A stretch of DNA of 64,000 bases from Lama guanicoe (Eukaryota): positions 4,925,567 through 4,989,566 of the forward strand of contig MU053629.1 of NCBI GenBank assembly GCA_013239625.1. Direction: 5' to 3'. Position 1 is the stretch's first letter, and every line of letters begins with the position of its first letter. Below are positions 38,420 to 51,365 of this stretch, piece after piece. The notes below the pieces were generated by a model. That model made no database searches, had not been told where the DNA came from, and saw only the letters and a list, made by a program, of their open reading frames with translations. The translations under genes were made by a program, and so were the position numbers.

Positions 38420-41306
38420 GTGCTCTTTTTTATGCAAGATTCAAGGTCTAGGAGTCTGTAGTTTAAAATAGGAATATCCCTCTCACCTTCTCATCCATGG
38501 TATTTTTTATAATGTAAAAGAAAAAACAGTTTGCTTGTAGGTAATAGTGATCCATTTCCAAGGCAAGTTTGCTAAGCAGAGCTGTTTAATTGTATCCTGT
38601 GTCTTGTAGTAAAAATGTTAAGCAGCTTGTGTTGTGTTGAATAAACGTGTTCCAATATTTCAATCAGTAAAGGTGTGGGGATAGTATAATTTTTTATTTG
38701 TTCAAGGTTATGTATCAACCCTTGATTGCCTTTTTTTTTTTTTCTGTAATGGGGGATGGAATTAGCTCTGGTAAATGAAAAATCCATACAGCTGCCCCCT
38801 AGCCTTATTTTAGCTAATAATTTCCTCTTCAGCAGATCTTATTAGCCCTTACCAAATATCAAAGATGATTGATTTGCATTTGACCTATTTTGTTTTCTTC
38901 CTTTCCCTGTTGTGGGAGCTAGGGATTATAAACTGAATGCTTTTCACTTTCCTTCTACCTTTCTTTAGAGTCATGTTTGAAAAATTTCAGCCTCTGTATT
39001 TCTCAAGCATCTTTCCCCAGGGTGACAAACTAACACTGGAAAAGGAAGATTTTTTTGTCACAAAAGTTGTTCTAATATGTGATTTGAAAATAAGTAGCAT
39101 CCTAAAGGTGAAAGATCTTTTTTAAAAAATATGTTTTGTGTTTAATTGAATCATAATTAGTGAAAAGAACATGAATTTTAGGATTGCCATTAGTTTCCAC
39201 TCCTGAATTTAGACAGGAGTCCTAGCTATAGTTCAGACTAATGGGAAGGATGAACAGTGAAAGTTAATAACCCTCAGTTTCAGACTACTTTTAAAAAGTA
39301 ACTTCTTGGTATATGTGGCAAGTATTTTAAAAAGGTTTTCCAAGTGACAATCCTGCTGTGCTATGGAAAGGATATTAGATAAGACTCATTTATAATTAGC
39401 ATCATTTGCATATAAACCAAACGTGCTGTAACTATTGAGAAGGTTAAATTTTGCTGCTCATAGGTTGCTTGATAATTGTTTAGAACATATTTTCTCATAG
39501 GTAAACACTTCATACTCTACTGAGTTATTCTCTGGAAACTGTTGATCTTAACAGGTGATACTGTTGAGTGTGGAGGGTGATACTGAGTATTTTGTTTTGC
39601 AAACAGATTTCAGTTTTATTTGTAGCTTTGGTAAAAGTGACACATTTTTTTGTTGTTCAGACATCTGTCATCCTAACTGCATAATCCATTTGAATGAATG
39701 GGGTCTGAGGGCGATGTGTGTCAAGGTATAGGGAAGGTGGTGACAGTGGTGGTCATGAGTTTACAAATAAAGGTCAAGGGAAAAAGCAATATGAAGTGCA
39801 GTCTCTTATTAGCTGTGAATTTAGAGTATTTGATTGAAGAAGTATCTAATACCTAATGGATAGTAAAGTAATTTTTTCATTTGATTTAAAAATTGATCCT
39901 TTAATATTTTCCCTTTTACAGTCTTAGCTTGTTACAAACATGGTACTGAAGAGAACTTGTTCTACTTCCTATATAGTTAGGCCTTTTCATGCACTCATTT
40001 ATTTATTCAGTAAATACTTGAGTGTATTCCATGTGCCTGGTGCTGGGCTAGTCATCAGTATACAAACATGGTTAAAGCATAACTCCTGACAGAAAGGAAT
40101 TCAGTGTGGTGGAGAGATGGACACATACTATCTTGCATCGTAATTATCTGCTTAAGATAAATAATAGAGCCATGTGTGGTTGATCTGTACTTTTTGCCTA
40201 ACTATGAATCTCCACATTCTTGATGCATTTAAGAAAATTGCTTCTCCTCAGCTTTCACATACAAATGACTTAAATTAGTAAAAAAAAAAAAAAACTGGTT
40301 ACTGTAACTTAGTCTTTTGAAAAACTTATGTATAAAAAAGGCTTTTATTCTGAGATTCCTGTGTCTCTTTCTTACAGCAACCTGTCCCCTACTCACCTCC
40401 CCCTTCCTGCCCCATGGTTTTAATAAAGTATCTCATTCATTTTTCGGGTATTATGCCAAACTAAAGAAACCAAAATCTTTAGGAGCAAGAGGAGTTTAAA
40501 TAAAGTTAACATTGAACTCTAATAATGATCTTACTCAAAGTTACTTTACTTTTAAATCTTTGACAAATCTTAGCTTTTCAGAAAATTTTCTCCAAAGACT
40601 AGTTTTATCCCTTGAGTAAAACTCTCAACAGTTTGAAGTATGATATAATTTTGACCAGTTTGAACAGACATTTTCTCTTCTATATTTTTGCCTTGTAACA
40701 GAAACTAAAGATAATTTCCACATTGTATAGGGTAAAGAGTGACGTTTCAGTTTTTGAACTTTTACATGTAACCTGTCTAGAGGTTTTAGGATCTTTATTC
40801 CTGGTATGCTCAAACTTCATGATGTGGAAACTGTGTGTGGGTTATTTTTTCAGTCATTGTGCTGAGGTACTTGGTGGCCCAGTCTAGAGACACATGCCCT
40901 TTATTTCTGAGAAATTTTCTTGTATTAATCCTTTAGTAATTTTCTCCATTTCCTTTTCTCTGTTTTCTCTTGCCAGAGGAATGAACCCCCACGTTTCTTT
41001 TCTTTTTTTTTTTAAATCATTTATTGTCTTTTTGCTCTTCATGCTTGTGAATTAACTTTTATTTCTTTCTTGCTTTTATTCTCTTTATGTTTCCTTTTAG
41101 GGAGAGGGTATGATAAATATTGTGTATAGTCAGTCTGTATTTAATTGGTGAATATTGTAAGCTTTCTGCAAGGCTCATGATACAAACTGTATGATGACCA
41201 TTCTTAAATAGTTGCTAGTGTTGAATTAGGGTTTATATTGTGTTAATAGAAATTGTTTTCTTTTCTGAGAGGAAGCTAAATTGCTTTAAAAGAAAATAAA
41301 TGTAGG

Positions 41307-41432
41307 TGGGGAGGGTATAGCTCAGTGGTAGACTGCGTGCTTAGCATGCATGAGGTCCTGGGTTCAATTCTGAGTACCTCTGTCTATCTATCTGTATGCC
41401 TGTCTATTTTATAAATCTAATTAACCCCCCCA
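41307..41432 (+). mobile_element. tRNA-Ala-derived SINE
   Basis: ggggagggtatagctcagtggtagactgcgtgcttagcatgcatgaggtcctgggttcaattc; short TSD aaatgta. Confidence 0.9.
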
Positions 41433-43109
41433 AATGTATATACAAAACTGTAGAAGAATATATAGCTTATAGGCAACTAATAAAACAAACATCAAACTTA
41501 ACAGAGTATTCCAAACCATTGAGGCTTTGTTTTGTGCACCCACATCCTGTCTCCTCCCCCACTTCCTCCCTGTAACTTTATTAATAGGTTACTTTCAAAA
41601 TCAAAACTAGTAGTGAAATATTAGTTTTATGTATTATTAACTTATAAGATTGTTTTTAAGCCTTTGCTTCTAATCAAGCTATTTAATTATATCATAGTCT
41701 TGTACATTTCCAAATTTGACATAATATTCTTTGAAGAGGAAGATTCCACGGGTGGAGAGGAAAGTTTTGGAAACCTCATTTTGGAAAAATGCTTAACTGT
41801 GGCAAATATACATGCCCATAGAATCTAACAGTTATGCTCAATGATGTTTGGGGAAGAAAATGGGACTTAAGTTAATCGCCACAGTGATCCACACTTGGCT
41901 AAGTATTGAAAAGTGCTTAGACTATTATGTGTCCATGGTGTAATCTATGAAGAAGTTAAATCAGAGTTATAAGAAAAGTCTAGCTTTTTGGTGGAAGCAT
42001 AAACCATTCAAATCTTTGTTGTACTTTGTATCTTTTTGTCCATTATTTTGTTTGATACATTTTTTAAGTTTTATGTAAAATAAAAATAATTATGCCTTTA
42101 CTGGACTATAGATATTCTGTGCCAAATCTTGAAAACAAACAAGGACTCTCTCCTCCCCCTGCCTTTTGCCTATTTCAAGTTTGGCCTTTCAAATCACAGT
42201 TGCTTTTTAAAGCAAGGTTTTTATTCATTCCATCAGTAAAATGAGGGCTGGTTTATGTGCCAGATACTGTTAGATGCTCAATAGTAGGTTGGTAATGAGT
42301 CTTTGCCCTCATGAAATTTGCATTCTAGTATTTTGATAAGTATATGAAAAGTAGTTTGATCTCTTGCACCTTTCTGGATCTAAATCTTTATGATTAGCAA
42401 GAAATGCTATTTTTTAATTTTGGAAGGTTTTTTAAATTATCAAATAATATCAAATAACAATGTTGAATGCATTGTTAAAGAAAGTCATTGGTTTTATGTA
42501 TGCTTCCTAAAGGCAGTTATAAGGGGAAGGATATGTGGGAGGAGCAAGGAAAAGTTATGAAATAATTACTGTGGGGAGTTTGACTGCTGGCTTCCTGGAA
42601 AATTTAATAGAATTCCTGTATCCATTGCAATTGATGATTATGGATGTATTATAACATCTGTTTGCCTGTATGCATACATTCTTCTGTCTGCCTGAGTTGT
42701 AAAGTTGGAGCCAGTTGACTGTGCCAGGCATAGAGGTGCAAAGGGATTTTTGCAAAGGAATGTTTAATGATGTACCATGACATACCATGGAATCTAAGCT
42801 GGACCTGAAGGGATAGAGAGCAATAACATCAATTAATTGGAGATAGCAAGAAGTTGAATTATTGCAGTGGAGATAACTTAAGCACATAAGACTAGGAGGT
42901 GATAGTTGGAGTATGTGAGTATTTGAACTGGTGATTTTGGAGGTGGTACAGGTTCTGGTGGAAAGGTCCAAGGTGTGGCCATGAAAGTGAGTGGCTGAGG
43001 GTGGAGAGTAATGATGAGGAGCTAAGAAACACAGCCCAGGGTAATGGGTTGGAGCCTGGATAATTGGGGCAGGTGCTAAAAGCTCCAGTGAATGACAGAG
43101 ATGTTATTT

Positions 43110-43440
43110 TAGAGCTGCAGTGTCCAGTTCTGCAGCCACTAGTCATATGTGGCTATTAAGCATTTGAAGTTTGATTTGAGATGTCCTATAAATCAAAAAT
43201 ATACACTGGATTTTGATGACATAGCATAAAAAAAGGAAAATATCTCAGTAATTGTTTTATATTGATTGTATGTTTGAATGATAATAGTTTGGATATACCG
43301 GGCTTAGTAAAATTATGCTATTAATTTTACCTGTTTCTTTTTACTTTTTTTTCTTTTTTAAAATGTAGTTAGTAGAGAGTTTTAAATTGCATGTGTGGCT
43401 CGCCATCGCAGCTTATATTTCTTTGGGTTAGTGACTTTCT
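43110..43440. mobile_element. MER33/MER3-like hAT-Charlie element
   Basis: gcagccactagtcatatgtggctattaagcatttgaa...ttaattttacctgtttctttttactttt...atgtgtggctcgc. Confidence 0.7.
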
Positions 43441-43457
43441 AGAATGTAAATTATTTT

Positions 43458-43459
<2 letters not shown>

Positions 43460-43534
<75 letters not shown>

Positions 43535-43592
43535 TTCTTNNNNNNNNNNNNNNNNNNNNNNNNNNNNNNNNNNNNNNNNNNNNNNNNNNNNN
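43460..43592. other. 73-nt poly(T) run next to a 53-N assembly gap (43540-43592)
   Basis: Read directly from the sequence. Confidence 0.98.
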
Positions 43593-44579
43593 GCTTTCTC
43601 TTCTGTTCTTTGTGCTTGGAATTCCCATCTATTCAGTCCCTCCACACCTACCTCCGCTCCTTCCACCCCATAGCTGACCTCAAGGAGTTTGCCTCATTCT
43701 CGTGGAAGAGAGAAATGTCTAGACCTATAACAGAAAACAATATAGAAGGTTAACCATGTAAATAGCTAACAGTATATTCGTAAGAAGAACAGTCACTTCA
43801 AACTGGGCCTTAAAAGAGAAGGCTTTTGATAGGTGGTGATTACAGGGAGGTTATTTCAAGCAGAGGGAACAGCATGGTGGTGAGGAGAGAAAACACTGAA
43901 TTACGTTTATGGAACACCCACTAGATCCATGTGTGAAGATCTGTATATAAGAGAGTAATGCGAATTTGGGGAAGTTAGAGATAGATTGTTATTAGAACTT
44001 TTCACATTGAAATTAGGAGTCTGAAGTTGTACCAAGTTCTGTAAAGGAAAAAGACAGAACTCTATAGGCACATGTAACAAGGAGACCTGACGTAGTTTGG
44101 GTGCTCAAGGAAGGCTTTCCAAACCATCTGAGCTACAGACTTCCTCCACATCCAAGTCTTGTCAAATCTTTCTTAATGTTATGCCTTCCTTTCCTTCCCT
44201 GCTGCCACCCTCATTATTTCAGACTCTTATAGTTTCATACCAACCTCTAGGTTGGTCTCATATCTTAATTTTTCTTTTCAGTTTATTTGCTCTTTAGTCA
44301 GATTGACTTTTTGGTTATGTCAGTCTCTTCCCCACCCCTGCATTTCCTGCAGTTGGACAAGTTTTTTATAACTTCCTATTTTTTGTAGGATTAAGAACAA
44401 AATTCTTTAACTTATCTGTCCGAACTGGGTAAATTATTGCTTGGATTCCAGTAACATGCTGAGTAGGCACTGGGCAGAATTATATAATGCCCTTATTTGT
44501 GGGAGGTAATATGTATAATTTCTAATACGTTTGCATTGCTTGTATGGTTCGTAATAATTGATGCCGGAACATCATTACT

Positions 44580-45480
44580 CATATTCATTGACAATGAACA
44601 AGACACAGTTTGTACAGACAGAGCTTATAGTTTGGTAGAGAGTAGACAAGTAAACAGGGCCTCTACATTATGGCATAAGGGCTGTATTAGGTTAAATTGG
44701 GGAACACATAAGAGGGTAAAGTTACTAATATTGCAAGTGACCTGAGGAAAGTATCCCAAAGATGATGACATCTAAGTTGAGACCTGAATGAGCTGAAGTT
44801 AGCTAGGAAAAGGTTGGGATGGGAGAGGGAAGAAGAGTTACTGGAAGAACTGGAGGATGTATGTGAAAGTCCTAGACGATGGAGAGCCGGCTAAGGGGGT
44901 TAGGGGCTCTGACTGAGACTGATCATGAAGGATATATTAGCCATGCTAAGAAATCTGGCCTTTGTCCTGAATGCAGTGGGTAATCATGAAAGGTTTAAGC
45001 ACCAGAGTGACATGGTCAGATTTATGTTTTGGAAAGATCGCTACTGTGGAGAATGACGTGGGATAATACTAGAGGCAGGGAGGACAGCTGAGTTCCTTGC
45101 AGGTGTCTAGGGAAGAGATCGTGGTAGTCTGAAAGCGGTAATAGGGACTTAGACATTTGAAGGTGGTAGGATTGCTGTGACTTGGTAAATAGACGTGAAT
45201 GAAGGGAAAGGTGGTATAGAAGTTTCTGGCTTGGACAACTAGTTAGGTGGTTTGGAAGAAATTTGATTTGTTACGTTTGGACATGTTGAGTACTTCTGGG
45301 ACACAGAGGTGTTCAGCAGAAGTTGATTTGTAATTCAGAAGACAAAGGCTAGGCTGGAAGTGAAGATTTGGGAATTATTAACCTAGGAATGGCATTTTGA
45401 AGTCATGAGATGCATGAGGTCACCCAGGAAGACTGGACTGAGTGAAAATAGAGTCAAGAATTCTAAGGAACTCTTAGAAT
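44580..45480. mobile_element. L2 LINE remnant
   Basis: gacatctaagttgagacctgaatga, gagtgacatggtcagatttatgttttggaaagatc and tttctggcttggacaact resemble L2. Confidence 0.65.
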
Positions 45481-48400
45481 AGAGGCCTGGAATAATTTTT
45501 TAAAATATCTTTTGAAACATAAAAACATCTTCTTTGGACTTGGTCTAATGTTTTTAAAAGTTTTTCTGTCCTTACAATTAGATACGATAGACTCTTGTTT
45601 AAAAATTACACAATTACAGTTATCTTTCACTGTCTACATCTGTATGGTTTATGAGTTCATTTAGCAAGAATTCAGTAGTCTATAGAGTATTTTGAAAATA
45701 TATGTAAGATTGCTAGTGGAGAATTTTTTCAGAAGTTTGGGAAAAGGGATAGAGATTAATCACATCTACATAACATTGTAATTGCACGTAGTAACACGGG
45801 CCTTTTGATTTGACATTTGGTAAAAGTAGTTCACATGTTTCATAATACATGTTTAGTTTTAGAGTATTAATTCTAGGGTGACCATATCATTTATCATCTA
45901 AACTGGGACACTTTTTAGAGTGGAAGGGGTTGCTTATAATATTGTTGCTGGAACAACAGGTGTAAAATGAAACTCCTGGAAATCTTGAAGATCTTATCAT
46001 TTTTTCCGAATTCTTCTTCTGTGAACTAAGAAATGAGGTGACAATGAATTAAACAATGATAATAATAAAGAAGAGATCTGTGGCCAAGAAAGTTTGCAAA
46101 ATGTTGGATGCAAAGATAACATTTCTGCTGAACTTCTTAGGACCTTTAATATATTAGTATTTGAGAAGGAGGGCATGGTAGGGAATTACAGAATCTCAGT
46201 TTCCTGTATTTGTTTTGCCACAGCATCCTATTTCTGAGTATCTATTAACCCTATGAACCTCGTTTGGAAAATGCCGATTTAGAGTATCCTGTCATTTAAA
46301 TTGGAGCTTTTTAATGTGAAACCCAATCAAAGTGCTTCTTAGTGATGTTTTATTTTGGCCTTTTTTTTTTTTGTCATATCTAGGCAGCTAACTTTATTAA
46401 AATAAATAAATTTTGAAGTTTAAAATAGACAACCTCAATTACATTTCCTTGAAAAACATTTCAGTTTTGTTATTAGGGAACTTTGAGGACTGAATACTAA
46501 TTTATTGAACAGATTTTTTTTCAATTGACATATAGTCAGTTTACAATGTGTCAATTTCTGATATACAACATAATGTTTCAGTCATCATATACATAAATAT
46601 ATTCTTTTGGACCGACTTTTCAGAAGGCCTTTTCAGTGTTATTTCTTCCAAACTAGGCAATCTGCCTGCATTTGTTTCTTCTTTTTTTTATCATTTTAGA
46701 CTTAGGATGCAGCAACAGGTATTGTTTCTCTTCTGTCACAGAACCGATCTCTTATGTTTTTGATCCTCAAATGTAAAATTTTGCCTTCTAGATTTAGGAA
46801 AAAAGAAAGAACTGAACTTCCACTTTTAAGAATATTAGTTGCTTTGAGTATTTGGAGAAATGCTCTGGAATTTGATTAGTTATGTGTTTAAGGAATGGCA
46901 TTGAGTTTTTTCTTCTTGTTCTTTTGATTGATATGATAAACTTATTTTTCTTTTTTACTTCTAATGGCAACAAAAGCTAAAATATTCTTTTAGCATAACT
47001 ATAGTAAATTTATTTTGTTGGCTAGTTTATTGTCCTTTAGACATAATAGCTAAGTTTTTTTTCCCCTATTTTTGTGCTTTAAAAAATTTCTTCTTCCTTG
47101 ACAGTAACTTTGGCATTGGCATTGCTTTGCCTTTTTGTGGGGTGGGGGGAGTTAATATTCTGCCCATGTTAGAATGGATGCTGTTTCGGGTTTTTGGCAT
47201 CAGGAGTTTGTGAGTAGCTAATCTCCTCTCCCATAAATTTTAGGAAGAGTGTGTAGTATGTTTTCATGGTCCTCACACTGAAATGTATCTTTATGTACAT
47301 TAATGGAATTTCTCAAAAGAAAAATATAAGCATTTTTTAGAACTTGATTTCACTTTTATAAAAACTTTGCATGTAAATATTCATATTGATCTGTTCTGAA
47401 GATAATGATTTGTGTAAATTTTATAGTAGGTTAGCAATTTTACTTTATGTGGAATAAAGGATGTTTTGTTGTTTCTGTTACCTATAACTAAAAGAATAAT
47501 CAGGTGAAAGCATTCTGTTCTCTGTAGAAAAGGAAGGAGTGTTTTCATTAATAGGTTTCTGATAGGATTTAAAATAATACTTAGGCAAGCTGTCGTTGCA
47601 AGACTTGAACAACTTTTTCCTGCATCCTTTTTTTTTTTTTTTTAACTGTTCCTCTGTAGTTTGTGAGGAATCATCCCCAAGGCTTTTAGAACGTTTGTAT
47701 GTATCTTTTTCTAAGCTTGTTTTTCTCTGGCATCTGTAAATCAAGAGTGAAACATGATAATCATAGTTGTTTTTCTTGTGTACCCTGGACAGTGTTTATT
47801 GAATAATTACCTTAAGATTGGAGAATCCTGGGGGAAAATAGTCATCTGAATCCTAGGGAGTTGAGCAGTCTTATTTGTAACCTTATACTTTATTGTTATC
47901 TGGAGGGGAATTTCTTACCATGTGCCACTGGACTCTGTAGTCTTGACTGGGTTATATCCCAAGTTTTAAGGGGGACCTGTATGAGTATTTAAGAAGCAAA
48001 ACTCCCCAGATTTGTAGGTGGCACAAACCTGGGAAGACTGTTGATGACAGAATCGAGGGGAATTAGTTCATCATCATCATCACCTCCTGGGTACTTAACT
48101 ACTATACTTAGCATAGGTGATATCTCGGAGAAAAGAGTCCTTGAAAGCTCAAAGTCTAGGGGAGGATATAGACTAGAAAATCAACTATTTACAACACTGA
48201 TAAGTGCTGTATAGAGGGTATAGGTTTCAGTTCTTCAACAGGGTTTTAAAATATTAGAATGATGAACTTGAAAAAAAATTTAACAGCACTAAATATAAAG
48301 TTCTATTTTTAAATTAAAAAAAAACTGTTTTAGAGGTTGAGGAGGTGAAAGCAATTGAATAAAGGTTTTAGGTACCTTCAAGCTTAATATGAGCAACAGT

Positions 48401-49127
48401 TTGATGTGGATGTGACTCCCTGTCCCTGCTGAAACAAAAGCATAACATACAGCATCCTTCCAATTGCCCAAATAAAGCAGGCCAGTCAGCCTAAGATGCC
48501 CTGTTCAGTTGCACTGGTAGAAATATTTGTGCCCATTAAATAAGAGAGGTAGTAATGCTAAGACTAGTCAGACTGTTATCTGGATTATTTCATTCATTCT
48601 GAGTATGATGGACTGCAGAATGCTCAGAGTAATGATCAGGGTGGGGAGGGGTCTATACCAACAGGACAAAATTTTGGAACCATTGGGTAGAAGTTTAACA
48701 AAAATTTTTATTCATAGAGCTTTTTAGTAATGTAGACTTTTAAGATTAGACTGTGAACTCTTTTATAAGTGTTTCAGCAGAGACTGGGAGACCACCAATT
48801 AGAGAGGTTACAGTAGAACTTCATACGTTAGAGAGATGAACTAGAAGATTTCTAGTTTTATTTTACGTTATAATCCTACTATTCTACAGTTTTAAAAAAC
48901 ATCGCTTTCAGATTACCTAATAGTGTCTGTCATTGTCAGTACTCTGCAGCATTGTGTGGACTAGCATCTGACTTTTGAGTCTGAGCTCTGCTACTTGCTG
49001 GATTTGTGAAAGGATAGTCAATCTTTTATAATTTGATAAACTTAAATTTTCTTAAAGCCTTATTATTTTAAAATTTTAGATTTTATTTGAAAAGTGGATG
49101 ATTGTTCTCATGATCATGTCTAGTACT

Positions 49128-49712
49128 TTTTTTTTTAATTAGAAAAAAGTGTCCAACATTGGGATGGATAAAAACACATGCAGTTCCAGTCCTTGTTTCA
49201 GCCTTGTTGTAGCCCAGAGAGGACTGTCCCCAGTGGAGACCATGGCTTTAATCAGAAAAAAGTGTCCAGCATTGAGATGGAAAAAAACACATGCAGCTTC
49301 AGTCCTTGTTTCAGCCCTGTCATAGCCCAGAGAGGACTGTCCCCAGTGGAGACCATGGCCACCCAAACCCACTTGTGAGGGGCCCATCCCAGAGCAAGGG
49401 GAAGGGGCATCCAGGCCCAGCGCAGCCTCACCCCTTGAGCTTACACTCCTGGCGGCACATGGGGCAGTGCTGTTGGCCCTGCTGCACGCTGAGCCACTTG
49501 AGGATGCAGTGCATGTGGAAACAGTGCGAGCACTGGCCCCACACCAAGGGGCGCCCGTCACCCAGCACCTTGCAGTCTGGGCAGCAGCCATTGAAGGCTG
49601 TCTAGCAGATGCTCATCGTTGGCCACCACGAGACAAGTGGCCACACTGTTCCAGCACTTGATCCTCATTTTCATGGCACGGAGCATAATGACGTGCCTGC
49701 CTTCCATTGGGC
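49128..49712 (-). pseudogene. ANAPC11: Processed ANAPC11 (APC11 RING-H2 subunit) pseudogene
   Basis: The minus strand from ATG 49674 to TGA 49428 reads MKMRIKCWNSVATCLVVANDE/IC*TAFNGCCPDCKVLGDGRPLVWGQCSHCFHMHCILKWLSVQQGQQHCPMCRQECKLKG*, matching APC11. It is intronless, has an ~8-nt frameshifting deletion and an in-frame TAG, carries ATTAAA plus an A-tail, and is flanked by CTAGTACT at 49120 and 49713. Confidence 0.95.
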
Positions 49713-49728
49713 CTAGTACTACTTTTTA

Positions 49729-50079
49729 TTTAATTTTATTTTTAAATATATTTTTATTGAGGTATAGTCAGTTTACAATATTGTGTCAATTTCTGGTGTG
49801 TTTCAGTCATATAGGAACATACATATATTCGTTTTCATATTCTTTTTAACCTTAAGTTACTGCAAGACATTGAATATAGTTCCCTGTGCTATACAGTATA
49901 AACTTGTTGTTTATCAGATTTTGTGAGACTCCTCCTGTATTTTGAAATGAGAGACACTCTGCCGGAGTTCAGTGGGTGTTCTGTGCGGTTCAGTGGGTTT
50001 GTAGATGTAATTCTTAGTGTATTTCTGGCAGAGGGCGAACGTGAGTCTCTGCTCTGCCATCTTGGCTCAACCTCCCCTT
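49729..50079 (-). mobile_element. Short L1-derived element: L1 5'-end-like head fused to L1 3' UTR/polyA
   Basis: The minus strand begins GGGGAGGTTGAGCCAAGATGGCAGAG (L1 5'-terminus-like, YY1 motif). From ~49915 it matches the L1 3' tail seen at 2720-2900. It ends in an A-rich tail and has a 15-nt TSD TAG(T/C)ACTACTTTTTA at 49714 and 50080. Confidence 0.75.
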
Positions 50080-51018
50080 TAGCACTACTTTTTAAAAGAT
50101 GCACTTTAGTTAGAATATTGAATGGAACCTGCAGATTTTTTTTTTGCAGTATTTCTTGGTACTGTCTCCTTTATTTCCATTGTCACAGTTCTTTCTTACC
50201 TTATAATGAGATAAATAATTCTTCCTTGTTGCCATCTCTTTTAGCTGAAAGTCTTAATTCTTAGTTTTTTTCATTCATCCTATAGGTGGCTACACGAATG
50301 ACCTTAGACACTATTTCTATCACGTTTTTACTGTCCCCAAGTATATATGCATTTATTCCAGTGCTTGTTCACTCTCTGTATAGTCTAATTTCTTTAACTG
50401 TCATTTAGTGCCCTCATCCCAGTGTAACACTTAACTATCCTGGCTGAGATTTGTGGTAAGACACCTGTGCTGGTTAGTTGTTATGAGTTTAAGCTCTGGA
50501 GTCAGGTCAGGTTTGAGCCCCATCTCCATCACTTACTTATTGTTTGACCTCAGGATTAGCATCAGTTTTCTTATCCATACAATGGGAATGATATTAGTCT
50601 GTCTCTTGGGTTCATGTGAGGGTTAAATAAGATAATCATGCTTACTATAACTAGTGTGTAATTGACATGTTATAAGCACTTAACATGTATTAGGTTTATC
50701 ATTTTTACTTTATCAACCCATGTATGACACTTAAATTTTTGATTGAAAGCATTGCTAATAGATATTTCACTTACTATATAGATTGTTGTATTTCATTAAC
50801 GGTGGAAGAGTAGAAGAATGAGAAGATTTCATTTAACACAGTCATAGAATTATAGAATTTTGAAATTTTAAGGAACCTTTGAGAACATCTACTCAGTCTC
50901 ATTTTTGAAGTGAGAAAATAGACCCTGAAAGATTGTGATTCAATAAATCAGTGGCCGACTCAGTACTAGAATCTGAATTCTATGTAAACTAGTACTGTAC
51001 TATGTTGTAGTTGTACTT

Positions 51019-51128
51019 AGCACATGGTAGGTGTTCAGTAACTTTTGAGAATTGAAATTAAGATGATTATGGGAGCACATGGTAGGTGTTCAGTAACTTT
51101 TGAGAATTGAAATTAAGATGATTATGGG
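51019..51128 (+). repeat. Perfect 55-bp tandem duplication
   Basis: agcacatggtaggtgttcagtaacttttgagaattgaaattaagatgattatggg occurs at 51019-51073 and again at 51074-51128. Confidence 0.97.
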
Positions 51129-51365
51129 TGTCCATTTGTGAAGGCTAGCTTATCTGTATATGTTCATTGTTTGTTCCTATAGTCCCTCTTTCTGCAACTC
51201 ATTTAGGGCTTGTTCATTGATCCAAAAAGCGTTTATTGAGCATTTGTGTGCAGAGCAGCTTTTTACTTAAAGTCATATTTTCCTACCTCTGCATAGGAAG
51301 TTTGGCAATATGGTAGAATTTTAAACTCTAAATTTAAAATTAAGTTTTAAAATTAAGTTAAACTT

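Noticed and set aside
43391..43753. Poly-F / poly-K ORFs
   Set aside because: Translations of the poly(T) run and the N gap.
49139..49591. 150-aa minus-strand ORF over the ANAPC11 retrocopy as a new protein
   Set aside because: It is in a different frame from APC11, runs through a duplicated UTR and ends at the polyA. No evidence of coding function.
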